A stretch of 63,398 nt of DNA, filler included, from Octopus bimaculoides (GCF_001194135.2; 5 parts of 4 records of this genome joined end to end with filler, not necessarily neighbours in it), one strand, 5' to 3'; numbered from the whole stretch's first letter, positions 13,124-25,855 are shown. The notes: generated from the letters alone by a model not told the origin. Translations and numbers: made by a program.

Positions 13124-14200
13124 TATATTATGTATATATGCACACGTATAAATACACATACACACATACATATATAGTTATATATATCTGTTTGTTTTCC
13201 TTTGTTGTTGGCAGTAATTAATAATGCAAGAGAGAAATTCCCAAACAACAAGATTTATGATGCTACCACTAAAGTCGAAAGCAAAACTCTGGTATACTGG
13301 CACTAAATATTTCATCATTATATTCTTTCCTGTGGTTCGCTTTCAAATTGTTGCTTTTTTTATTCGTTCTACTCTCTTCGAAGTCATTATTTTTGATTGT
13401 ACATTTATCCATGTATCAAAAATGTAAAACAAACCAAATGGAAAAAAACAACATTTATAAATAATATTTAGATAAAAACCACATACATAAAAGAAAGCAT
13501 TAATATTTTAATTGCATTCTTAAAACAGAATTTAAATATAAAATTAAACAAACAAATATGTATATAAACATAACTTATCGAGATGCGAAGTTAGAATAAC
13601 GTCTCTTTTATAGCTAGATCATGTTCCTAACATATTATAATTGGAATAGATTAATTAGATTTAACACGCTATCTTTAAGATAGTGTGGCGTTGCTGGAGA
13701 GGCTTCCTTCCCAGCAATCAAGTTTATTCATCAAAATCACGATACACCGTCGAATAGTTATACCCTTCAATATATAATATATACATTATATACACTCACA
13801 ACCGAACACATACCCACATTCACACAGGCACTCTTTCATACACACATACACTCACAACCGAAAACCAACACACACACAAACATACATTACTATATGTGTT
13901 TTTAATAGTAGCGAAGGATACCAAAAGTACTCAAGACCTTTGAATAAGTTTAATCTCATTTATTCAGTAGAAACCGGCGTTAAATATGTGTGGAATAATA
14001 AGAACAGAGTTACAAAGACCAGAAAGAAATTAAATTAAATGGATTGCTGGCCTATTACAAAGAAACAAACAAATTGGAGAGGGAGTAAATCTGTGATGCG
14101 CTCATTGTTCGTAAATTTATACACGATTCGTAATGTGCATTGAACACGTGACTGACACAGGATCGGATCAAAGAGAGTACGATGTCGCTTAGATAAACGG

Positions 14201-14244
<44 letters not shown>

Positions 14245-14981
14245 GGAGAGAGAGACAGACAGAGATAGAAAGACAGGCAGATAAAGACGGAGACAGAGAA
14301 ATGGAGGAAGAGAAAGCCTGGGATTCAGTATATTATTGAGACTTGCTTGTTTCTCCGTTGGCAGTCGGTAATTAACTCACATCGAGACAGAGCTAGAAAA
14401 TACAAACTGCAAATATTACGTAGGATGTAAACTTCTAGGTCAAAAACATTGGGGATTATTTTTATGTTTATCGCCTGGTTTGACGAAAGCAATGTAGACG
14501 TCTTTCATCTGGACTCTTGCAAATGGTAAGAAGAAAAGTTCCATCTTTCTCTAAAGTCACTCAGCGTGCAGACGATAGAGTTTAACTGAACGTAAATGTA
14601 TTATTCAAATAAACCACGTCCGAATTTGAACACGGAATGTAAAGAGCCAGAATAGATGCTGCACGGTATCCGATCGGGTACTGTAATCGTTAAGTTTAAC
14701 GTACTTTATTTTATGGACCCCCACCACCAGAAGAATGAAAAGTTAAATTGACATCAGCGGGATTTGAAATCCTAACACCAGGAGTCGAAATAACTACTGA
14801 AGGTCTAATGACTCAGCCAGTTTGCTGACTGCACACAGAGATAATGACATAGAGACAATGATCTGACAACGGATTTAATAGTTTCAATTGCATGTATGTA
14901 TGTATATATGTATGTATGTGTGTATGTATGTATGTATATATCTATTTATATATATATATATAAACATATACATATATATAT

Positions 14982-15082
<101 letters not shown>

Positions 15083-15534
15083 TTCAAAAAAACAATAACA
15101 AAAAAACAACAAAGTGAGGACGTGATACGGATAGTGTTATTGGACGCTCGGTATGTATGTATGTATGTATGTATATACATATATATATATAAAGTAGTTG
15201 TATGCTGGCAACTTAATGTGACAATCCCATGAAGGGAATAATACTACTGCTATTTAGCCCTAGGAAGCTGCACCGCTTCCTGTCGGCCTTGACACATTTC
15301 CTGTGTCCTTATATTTACAAGGGGGAAACAAGCACCTGCACTTAGCTAAGCCTGCATCCAGAGACATGTTTCTGAGTCTTTGCTCGTCATCCGTCTGGAG
15401 CAGCAATGGCCTGCTAATTGGAGATGGATGTCAAGCTCTCGTAAACATATAATAATTCTAGTGAAACACATTCACTGATTTCAATAATAGAAATAATACA
15501 TTTCTAAATCTCTCAGACAGATTTATGCAGTAGT

Positions 15535-17825
15535 GATGCGATAAAGTTTGTGAAAGGTAAAATGTAAAGCTTTGTCTGAGCTTTGTTGTGTTAAGTACTG
15601 GTTATCACAAAAGTATTAAAATACAGATATACAGTCTTTGATATTAATAAGAAGAAAATGTTAAAAACAGTTTACAAGAAAGTATTTGAGAAAGTATTCA
15701 GAACGTGACTCCAAAAAGTATTTTGAGTTCAATAAAAATCATGTCTTTTTTTTGGTAGTATGTATATACAGAGAATGAGATATATTTAAGAATTTATTAA
15801 AAAATTGTCGAGGAATAGCTGACCTTTCTGACATTTTCTCTTGTGTGTAGCTAAGGAATGTTTGCTATCTTAAGGGACAGTGCGGGAGGTTGGTTGGAGG
15901 GGGGAGCAGAACAATGTGGAATTTAAGGGATTTTTTTTGTTTCTGTGCTAGTCTGTCATGGTTCAGTGGTTTTTGGGACTGGTCTTAAAGGTCAGAATGG
16001 TGTGAATGTGTGTGTCTCTGTGCACGTCTCTATGTGTGTGTGTATATATACATGTGCTTGCGTTTTATATTTGGTAGGATGGTGTGGGTATATGTTTACA
16101 CGTTCGTGTGTGTGTGTGTGTGTGTGTGTAAGTGTGTGATTATTATTTGTCAGTGTCTTGTGTGTGCGCATGTTTGTGGATGTATTTGTTCGCGTATGTG
16201 TATATGTGCGTGTGTGTGTGTGCGTGTGTATGTTTCTATGTTTTGCTTTGGTGGGGATGTTATGTGTGTGTGCGTGAGTGTGTGTGTGAGTCTCTGTCTG
16301 AGTATATATGTGTTGTTATAATTGTCCTGATGGTGTGTGTGTGTGTGTGTGAATAGTATTTGTCTGGACGTTGTGTGTGCGCATGTGTGTATGTGTTTGT
16401 TCGCGTGTGTGTATGTATGCGTCTGTATGTTTGCGTGTGTATGTTTGTGTTTTGTGTTGGTGGGGATGTTATGTGTGTGTACGTGAGTGTGTGTGAGTAT
16501 GTGTGGGTGTGTATGCGTGTTGCACTTATCAGGGGTTCTGTGTGCGTCAGTGTGTGTTGGGTTTATCCGGATGATGTATATGTGTGTGCCTGTACGTTCT
16601 GTACATATTGGTACTAGGTATGCGCTTGTGTGTGTGTGTAAATGTAGGTATGGTTTATGTAGTTTTCCGGGTGTGTGTGTACGTGTGTGTACGGGTGTGT
16701 GCGTGTGTGCGCTGTATTTGTGAGTGATTTGTTTTGTTTGTATTGTTAGTGCAGTTTGTGTGTATACGTGTGGGTGTATTTGTGTTAGTGTGTCTATGTG
16801 TCTTGTATTTGTCGCGAGGTTTGTGACATTATATATGTGCATGCTTTTGTGTATGTGTGTATGTCTGTGTGTTTGTGAGAGTTTGTTGGGATTGTATTGT
16901 GTGTACATGTGTGTTTTCTTTTATTTTTGAGTGTGTGTATGTGATTTTTTTTTACTGAGGAACGGGCTTATTGTATTTGTGTGTGTGTATACATATGTGT
17001 CCATATATGCGTGTACGTGTGTGTAGATTTGTTGTATTTGCGTGTTTGTGTGTTTATCTGTGTATGTGTGGGTGTGTTTGTGTGAATGTAATTTGTGATT
17101 GTCAGGGCGGTATGTGTAGGTATGTGCGTCTACGTGTTTACGTATATATGTATGTATGTAGTGGTTATGGTCGTTAGAATCGTATTGCAAGTGTATATAT
17201 GTAAGGTTTTTTCTTGGAATATTTATGGGTTTGTGCTCTAGTGTGGGAATATTGTGTTTGTGCGTGTGTGTTTGCGTAGGAGGTTTGCATTGTATTTGTG
17301 TGTGTGTGATTTTGTACACCTGTTTGTGTTTCTGTGTGTGTTTGTTTTGGGAGTGTACTTGGTGGAGGTATGTTAGAGTATGTTGAGTTGTGGTCTGTAT
17401 TTTTAAATAAAATTATTTTCCCTATTTTTTCGTGTTTGGGCAGTGCTTTTGCCGGGCATTGGTAAGTGGGAAAATTAGGAATTTGAGGAACTTGTTTTGT
17501 GCACAGAGACCCAAGTGCCCACTAAGTGGTATCTGTCTTGTGGTGGGATCCCTCAATTGTTGGCGGTGTACTGTAATCCTTTCTCTGAGGGTAGGACTCG
17601 TTTGCCCTATGTAATCTTTGTGGCACCCTGTACTACCAAACAAACATGATTTTTATTGAACTCCCATTCTGATTACTTTCTCAACTACTTTCTTGTAAAC
17701 TGCTTTTAACATTTTATTATCATTATCAAAGAATGTATCTCTGTTTTTAACACTTTTTTGATAAACATAACTTAATACAATAACGCTCATGCAAAGCTTT
17801 ACATTTTACTTTTGACAAATTTTTT
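15535..17825 (-). mobile_element. Truncated Penelope-like element: GIY-YIG fragment, long CA-rich 3' region, ~200 bp inverted terminal segments
   Basis: ORF 17422-17643(-) CHKDYIGQTSPTLRERITVHRQQ is a GIY-YIG YIG motif; ~15535-15762 is the reverse complement of ~17631-17825 (GAGTTCAATAAAAATCATGT / ACATGATTTTTATTGAACTC). Confidence 0.7.
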
Positions 17826-17895
17826 CTAGAAAAGTGAAATAAACATCTTTGTGTCAAGTGAATGAACATCTTTAAAATTGTATTTTCAAACCTTC

Positions 17896-17945
<50 letters not shown>

Positions 17946-18123
17946 ATCTGTATGTATGCATGCATGTATGTATGAGCAATAAGTATAGATGTGTAGGAAT
18001 GGTTATCCAAATCCAGCGGATGCTCCATGCTCATGCCGATTCTTATACGACGTAGAGGAGGAGGAGGAGCCATAAAGCTTAAATCCGGTGCAGACTTTGT
18101 ATCTATTCTTTTTTTTACCTCGT

Positions 18124-18364
18124 GAGGGTGTGTGGCCAAGTGATTAGAGCTATTCGGCTCACGATTGTAAGGTCGTGAGTTCGATTCTTGGCGGCGCATT
18201 GTATCCTTGAGCAAGGCTTTTTTATCTCACGTTGCTCCAGTCCACTCAGCTGTCAATATGAATTGTACCGGAAAGAGGCCATCCTTCTCACATTCTGTGT
18301 CATGCTGAATCTCCCTGAGAACTACGTTAGGGGTACACATATCTGTGGAGTGCTCAGCCACTTT
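18124..18364 (+). mobile_element. tRNA-derived SINE, family C (truncated by gap)
   Basis: TGGCCAAGTGATTAG A-box, GAGTTCGATTC B-box, central TTGAGCAAG..GTTGCTCCAGTCCACTCAGCTG block. Confidence 0.8.
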
Positions 18365-18771
18365 NNNNNNNNNNNNNNNNNNNNNNNNNNNNNNNNNNNN
18401 NNNNNNNNNNNNNNNNNNNNNNNNNNNNNNNNNNNNNNNNNNNNNNNNNNNNNNNNNNNNNNNNNNNNNNNNNNNNNNNNNNNNNNNNNNNNNNNNNNNN
18501 NNNNNNNNNNNNNNNNNNNNNNNNNNNNNNNNNNNNNNNNNNNNNNNNNNNNNNNNNNNNNNNNNNNNNNNNNNNNNNNNNNNNNNNNNNNNNNNNNNNN
18601 NNNNNNNNNNNNNNNNNNNNNNNNNNNNNNNNNNNNNNNNNNNNNNNNNNNNNNNNNNNNNNNNNNNNNNNNNNNNNNNNNNNNNNNNNNNNNNNNNNNN
18701 NNNNNNNNNNNNNNNNNNNNNNNNNNNNNNNNNNNNNNNNNNNNNNNNNNNNNNNNNNNNNNNNNNNNNNN

Positions 18772-18819
<48 letters not shown>

Positions 18820-18997
18820 ATCTGTATGTATGCATGCATGTATGTATGAGCAATAAGTATAGATGTGTAGGAATGGTTATCCAAATCCAGCGGATGCTCC
18901 ATGCTCATGCCGATTCTTATACGACGTAGAGGAGGAGGAGGAGCCATAAAGCTTAAATCCGGTGCAGACTTTGTATCTATTCTTTTTTTTACCTCGT

Positions 18998-19312
18998 GAG
19001 GGTGTGTGGCCAAGTGATTAGAGCTATTCGGCTCACGATTGTAAGGTCGTGAGTTCGATTCTTGGCGGCGCATTGTATCCTTGAGCAAGGCTTTTTTATC
19101 TCACGTTGCTCCAGTCCACTCAGCTGTCAATATGAATTGTACCGGAAAGAGGCCATCCTTCTCACATTCTGTGTCATGCTGAATCTCCCTGAGAACTACG
19201 TTAGGGGTACACATATCTGTGGAGTGCTCAGCCACTTTTTTTCTTAATTTCACAAGCAAGCTATTCTGCTGGTCGGATAAACTGGAACACTCGTCGTTGT
19301 AACTAACGGAGC
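18998..19312 (+). mobile_element. tRNA-derived SINE, family C
   Basis: Identical to 18124-18364, extended by a 3' tail also seen at 55327-55420. Confidence 0.8.
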
Positions 19313-20929
19313 ATCAGTTTTTTTTGTTTTTGTTTTTTTTAATGGGGTCACCTCTGTTTAAAGTATATAGGCTGTAGTGTCCTCCTTGAGGTTGGAAATG
19401 CTCCAATGTTACGGAGTATGAATATTTAAGAAATGTTTTTGCAACAATATGTCGAATATCAATGGCACTCTGTAACGTTTGGGATTCTTCCGTGAATTTA
19501 AGCAATATTTTACTATTCACTACTCGAACTATTTTGTATCAATTCAATATTACGAGTTCATTCGGAAATGTTTATAAATTTTAAAACTATGGACATAAGA
19601 GACAAGGTCTGTTGTAACAACGTTTAAAGATTTCCACTCCAGTGTTTTTTTTTTCTCGTTTTGATAAATCAGTTGAACGAATTCCATCTAACTCTCTATC
19701 AAATCTCTGTAATTCCGTTCGTTGAATTCCACCTATTCACACTATATTTTAGTCTTTCCTCAAATAAATGCTTTTAATTTTCTCCCTTTCAAACTTAATT
19801 CTCTGAAAGAGACTTCCTGTGTTCCAAGTCATGTGATGTTGTCGATTCGATGCTAATTAATGCTTGTGATAATACTGCATTAAAGAGATTTCAGATTAGT
19901 TTGTATGAAGAACGCTCTCCTTGGTTTCTTAGCGTCGCCAAGTGGAAGGGAAGCTAAAAAATATAGATAAATTCGGTATGAACTATCTTTGTACATGGCG
20001 AATTGAAAAATCAAGTTGAAAGATGTGTATATAGGAGGAGGCGAGGTTTGAACTTAGAACATAAATGAACATAACCAAATAAAACAAGTTATGTTACCCG
20101 ATGATCTACTGATTCTGACAACCGATTGTCCGATTCTTTTATAGATTTGGATTCATTAAAGCGGAAGTAGTGAACGGAACACATTTTTGGAAACTGGATG
20201 TCATAATATCTGTTTGTGTTACTGTATAAACGAATTTATAAAAGTACTTAAATATGGAGACGAAAGAGATTTATGAAAATTTTATAAAAATATAATTCAA
20301 ACTACAATTAAAATTAAGGTCAAATCTGGAAGTCTTAAAGAAATTCTCCTATGATTCAAAAAAGTATGTCACACATATGGAAATATGGAAAATAACCTGC
20401 AAATCTATTTCACTCTATTTTTAAAACATACTTTCTAAAATAAATGGAAGTTTTTATATTAGCGCAAGTGTTAAGTATCAGTTTTCTGTCTGATAATATG
20501 ATTTATCTCTGAATTTTGTTCCTACATAAATTATAAATGTTTATGGTTATGTTAATATTACCCATAGTTTACAAAATAACGAGAAATCTGTCTGACGAGA
20601 GACAGGTTACAATAAGTCTTTATGAGCGATGAAGCTAGTTTCAAACTATATCTTAATAATGAATACTAACGTTGTTATATGTGTAAAAATATGTCGATTG
20701 TCTGCAATTTCATGTTGCTATTTATCACGTTGAAAGTTACAAGGCACTGCGAATACTTCCATGTCTTTATCTCTTTCTATAGATTCTATAGATTGTTTCT
20801 ATGTTAACATTTTGTTGGCAACAACTAAAACATTTCTTGCTTTGCCTCTGCGGAGATAAACCAGACACTCGGTTTGTTTCTTAACTGAACTTTAGCATCA
20901 TATCATACAGTTGGACAATATTGGTCTCA

Positions 20930-21070
20930 GAGTTTGGCGCAAGGTCAACAAGTTCAGGGTCCGGGGGTGCAGGTAGAGGTGTAAGTCGATTTCATCAACC
21001 CTAGTGCTTCATTGGTGCTTATGCTGTCGACCTCTGAAGGTCGAAAGGTAAAGTCAATCTTGGCGGAATA
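20930..21070 (-). mobile_element. SINE family D, 3' part
   Basis: Reverse complement of the family D body (ATTCCGCCAAGATTGACTTT..GGTCGAC). Confidence 0.65.
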
Positions 21071-21099
21071 TAGTTGGACAATATTACAAGTGTATTGAA

Positions 21100-21240
21100 G
21101 GTAGAGAGCTGGTAGAATCGTTAGCATGCCAGACAAAATGCTTAGCAACATTTCGTCCGTCTTTACGTTCTGAGTTCAAATTCCGTCGAGGTTGACTTTC
21201 CCTCACGTCTTTTCGGGGTCGATAAAATAAGCAACAGTTG
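21100..21240 (+). mobile_element. SINE family D, 5' part
   Basis: GAGCTGGTAGAATCGTTAGC..GTTCTGAGTTCAAATTCC. Confidence 0.8.
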
Positions 21241-21989
21241 ATGTCTTTCTCCTCTCCCTGCTGTTGTTACATGACCCGTGGCCAGCTTCTCTTTTACTTC
21301 CTTTCTTACACTGGTCCCGTATATATGTATGAGAAATGAGTATAGATGTGTATGAATGGTTATCCAAATCCAGTGGATGATCTCCGAAATTGCTGGCATT
21401 GGGCCAAATTTTGAAACCAGCATTAGAAGTGTGCTGGATATAGAATATCTGTAAAACAGGGTTAGAGCAAGTGGTCGATATCAATAGATCAGTGTTAAGG
21501 ATTTTAAAATGATAAGGAGTCAACGGTAGTTCGATACCATTCTATATCCCGACAGGTTTAATGGGTCGAAAATGTTGAATTTATGTTTATATTTGGAAAG
21601 ATACTGATATATAATCCTTTTTTTCGCAACAAGGGAAACCTTCATATCCTGAACAGCTTCTACACCCTGAAGACAGGTCGGTGCCGAAATATTGCAGCTT
21701 TCCCGTATCATGAAGACTAAGATTTTTCAATAAGAATAATTCTTCTAGTGGTAAGGCAGCGATAATTTTTGTTGTGGAAAGCCTACATATTTAAAAGCCA
21801 ATTGGAAAGATGAAATGGACATTAGTTAAAGCTCGATGCCGTGGGAGACAGGGGCTATGAGATTAATTGTAATTTATATATGTATACTTTTAAATGTGTC
21901 ATGGCTTTCTAATTGGAGAGTAGTTATAAAAATATGTCCTTCTGTTGAAATGAAATTTCAGTAAATTTCTATATCTTTGTGCAGCTGGG

Positions 21990-23790
21990 GATTGCTCTGC
22001 ATTTTACATCTGATGTAACGTCTCTGGGGTTCTCTATAAAGATGCCGTACTTTTGGCAACTAAAAATTTATCCCGTCTGAAGATTGAACGTACTAAGAAA
22101 GATTTGATAAAATTCTTTAAAAATTATAATTGAAATATAGTGTTCGAAATAAATCATAAGATAGCTAATTTTTGAGACGTCACACTTAATCCCTAAAACT
22201 AACCTCCACTATCCATATAGGAAACCAAACCAAACCCTTCAGTACCTAAACGTTCTTTCTAACCATCCTAGATCAACCCTCGATGGTATGGTAACGGCTA
22301 TCTCAATTTGAATCTTAAATTTATCGGCGAACGAGGAGATATTCAACACTCACGCACCGTATTATAACCAAGCCCTAAAGTTAAATGGTTTTAAAAAAGA
22401 AATAGTTTATATCCCTAATACAATTCTTGAGACCAAAATTGCAAATATCTCGAATAGAACTGACTTACAATCTAGTAATACGACCCCAGATTTAGATAAA
22501 CCAATTAAACATATGAAAATATACTGTATGAATGAGGCCCGAATTAATAACATGGAATTTAGGAATTCACATAAATATAAACCCTATATCCCCAACCAAT
22601 CTAATCAGACAAAATACTCAAAATCTAGAAAACGGGAAATTATATGGTTTGTCGCACCCTATTCTCTTCAGGTCAAATTTTTACTCAAATTATTTTTTAA
22701 GGTATTGAAGAAAAATTTTCCTAAAAATCATAAATATTATCCTATTTTTAATAAATCCTCTGTAAAATTGTCTTACTCAAAATACTCAGAATTTAGGTTC
22801 GGTCATAGCTTCCATCAATAGATCTAAAATCATCTTTAAGATATCAACCCACACAAATCTTTATAATGAGCTCTAAAACTCCAAAACTGACACTAACTTT
22901 AACGTAAACATTTCGCCGGGTCAATCCCTGACAGTCGGGGTTGGTCTACCATTTAGTAATGCGCGGTGAGGGTGGAAAACATAATTGTCGAATTAAGGAG
23001 TTGTGTCCGCTAGCCGGATCCTGTTTACGTAATAATGTAGTATATAGGTGTTCTGTGGAAATCCCCGCTACACAGAGGGAAGGAATTTATACAGGAAGCA
23101 CTGTAGACGTTGATATAGGGCCCATTTGAACTCTTTTACTAACGCAAAATATAATTCTACTACAACGCTAGCTTCGTATATACAATAACTTTAAACTAAA
23201 AAATATACAATGCTAATTATCTTGGTCTGTCATAGCAGAAGCTCCCCGCCATACGATACAATTACGCGTGTATGTAAATTGTGTATTAGAGAGTTCATGA
23301 ATATTCTTCGTCGATATGAGCCTACATCATTAAATAAGTTTGCAGATGCTATATTTTCCTGTAACCATAGATACCGATCAACATTTAAATAAACCTCGAT
23401 AAATTAACCATTAAATTTTTAATTATCTATATTTCAGTCAATCTCTATACTCCTGCTATCCTGTAACGTTATATTGATCGATTATTACCTGCTTAACGTT
23501 TATAACATTTTCTAAATTGCATTTCCCATAATTCCTGCTATAACATTTCCTCTACCTGTTAACAACTGCACCTCCCTATATAACTAAATCTCATATCTCC
23601 AGTACAACATTGCACCAAATGTGGATCCTGGATAATATACTTTCTGATGAAGAAGGCAGTATCTAATTTTTGGAGTGAAACTACCCATAAAATCTATGGA
23701 TTACTGTGCCCCAGAAACAGCCGTAAGAGGATTACCACGAACAGTTTATCTAAACAGGATTAATTATTCTCATGTATTATTTACATATGT
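21990..23790 (+). mobile_element. Degraded Penelope-like element (RT C-terminus, thumb, GIY-YIG, 3' terminal repeat)
   Basis: LYKD, NF*DVTLN, YPYRKPN..YLNVLSNHP, RKREIIWFVAPYS..NFPKNHKY.PIFN.SSVKLSYS, NCRIKELCPLAGSCL..VVY..IYTG, CKLCIRE..LNK..SCNHR. Resembles the Naiad-type architecture; clade not tested. Confidence 0.85.
23640..23729 (+). ncRNA. Type I hammerhead ribozyme motif with an extended stem II, at the 3' end of the Penelope-like element
   Basis: Stem I CUUU/AGAG, CUGAUGA (23644-23650), long imperfect stem II (GGCAGUA...UACUG(UG)CC with nested AUUUU/AAAAU, UGG/CCA, AGU/ACU), GAAAC (23714-23718), AGCC, GUA (23723-23725). Confidence 0.7.
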
Positions 23791-24359
23791 TTTTTGAAAA
23801 ATCCAATCTCAACTCTACGATGTTTTTTATTCGCTCTTCGGAAGGCTTTGTTTTATTCACCTTTTTGTAAGGACATATTTTTATTCTTGAATAATTTTTA
23901 CAACGCCGTTCTAACCTAATTTCACTCATCTATTTATACATGTATATTAAATTTTTATGTAATTATGTATTCATAGATTTTTAAGATGTTTTCATATTTC
24001 AATGACTGATACATTGGTATATTAAAAGACTGATATACATCGATCCATGGCAGAATAAACGTTTATCTAAATTGCTGAACTATCTGAAATTCTCCTTAAC
24101 AATATTTCATACTTTTGCATCTCGGGTCTTTTATCTGAGCACTTCTGAATACTGCCTATACAATAAACAAAGAAACTTTATATACACATATATATGCATA
24201 TATATATATATATATANNNNNNNNNNNNNNNNNNNNNNNNNNNNNNNNNNNNNNNNNNNNTTAATTAATTAANNNNNNNNNNNNNNNNNNNNNNNNNNNN
24301 NNNNNNNNNNNNNNNNATATCACACACACACGCATATATATACAATTAAATATTCAACC

Positions 24360-25855
24360 GAAAGAGCGACTAATAGTTTCATGCTATTATGATACTTGAA
24401 CAGGTATATTTATAAAATACGCCATGTATCTTAAAGCAATCTTTCCGGTTTTGTTTATGTATTATATATAATTTTAAAAAATCAAGGACGCTGGTCAGTA
24501 AGGAAATAAGGAAAGCGTGGGGAAAATGTAAAGAAGGTTCGTGCAAAAAGATGGAACGGGAAAAAAGAAACGAAATCAAGAAACGAAATCTTCGTCCTCC
24601 CTGATTGCAGAAAGCTCATTAAATACAACCGGTTTAGAATACAATAACAGAAAATATGTCTAAGTCTGGCAGACTCAAACCGGAGTGGGTGGTGCTCTCC
24701 AATTCGATAAAAGAAACCTGTGTCTACACCTGCTAAAAATTGAGATCTTTCTGCTACGCATAAGTGGAATTTCTTAAATCCATTAAGGTATGGCTTGGAT
24801 GTTTCCACTATTTTCCATTTAATTGTATGTGGTGTGGAGCTGCCCTTCAAATTCCATACGTGTTTAGCCAACTTAGTTGCATTACTTTTATCGATGTGCC
24901 GGAAAGAAGATAGGTGGTTTGCATAGCGTCTCTTGAATTCGCCCTCACATAACGCGATGTAATTCTTCTTTACAATTGATTTGTCTTGGAGCGTGGCTGT
25001 AATTTCAGCCTCATATATGACGGAGTTTATCATACACACCTTGTAAAGTGGGCAAGCTTCAGGGTCTCGACAGTTACAAATGGGAATGGTCACTTGGTGA
25101 TTTTTGTGAGTTATTTGGTTCTTATTGGTGTATGATTTTTTTTATTGCGCGTGTGTTAAGAATGTTCCTGTATTTGTGATTTATTGGTAAATGTTTACCT
25201 AAAAAAGACAAAAATAGCTATAGTACTTACGAAATCTAATATTAGTTACTAAATCAAGAAGGTCTGCTTCGAAAGGAGCTAAATCTTTTACTTTGGGCAA
25301 TTATTTGTGAGTTTTTAAATCATAACGTTCCGTGAAAATAAATGTTAACGCTTCATCAATAAATAAAAGAATCCACCTCTTCCGTCGCACTAGCACATCA
25401 ACTTTCTCTAGAAGCATCTTAAGGTATAGTTTATTTGTTGGTATAGGTGTATTCTTTATGGAGTATTCCAAGGGATATAGATTCATAATAGTGACTATAA
25501 ATTTTTGAAGAACCCTTAGAGTCATGTAACTTAACGTGGCTTTACGCCAAACAATGTGGGAATTGAATTTGCAGTAGAAACCCATGCATTTGGAGGGTTA
25601 GTTTAAAGATCCAATAGAGGTAGAATCAACAAAAATCTACTCCATTCAGTGAAAATTAAATATTAAATTAAGCATACGACTGAAAGAGCTACTCATAGTT
25701 TCGAGTCATTATGATACTTGAACAGGGATATTTATAAAATAGGCCATGCATCTTAGAGCAATTTTTCCGGTTTTGTTTATGTATTATATATAATTTTAAA
25801 AAATCAAGGACGCTAGTCAGTAAGAAAATAAGAGAAACGTGGAAAAATAAAAGAA
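24360..25855 (-). mobile_element. Internally deleted Penelope-like element (N-terminus joined to thumb/GIY-YIG; RT missing) flanked by ~170 bp direct repeats
   Basis: 25301-25585(-) YSIKNTPIPTNKLYLKMLLEKVDVLVRRKRW; 24482-25093(-) CNCRDPEACPL..VIYEA..YIALCEGEFKRRYANHLSSF; direct repeats at 24360-24520 and 25683-25855. Confidence 0.8.

Noticed and set aside
11800-14530. Isolated plus-strand splice-like signals (acceptor ~11823, donors ~13012 and ~14526; also ~2979)
   Set aside because: No consistent open frame or recognisable protein links them; such motifs are common by chance.
17903-19238. Identical ~460 bp direct duplication (offset 874 bp) on either side of an N-gap
   Set aside because: Perfect identity across a gap is typical of an unmerged contig overlap; needs long reads before being treated as real.
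21660-21700. CTGAAGA..GAAATATT hammerhead-like motif
   Set aside because: Core boxes and an AAUAUU palindrome are present, but stems I and II barely pair; at most a decayed copy.
24217-24316. TTAATTAATTAA sitting in the middle of N-runs (24261, 45142, 56437, 62108)
   Set aside because: Always 44 N + 12 nt + 44 N = 100 bp; the 12-mer gives stops in all frames. Scaffolding placeholder, not biology.
22941-25093. Selenocysteine recoding in Naiad-like Penelope ORFs
   Set aside because: No in-frame TGA seen at the conserved Cys positions of either copy.
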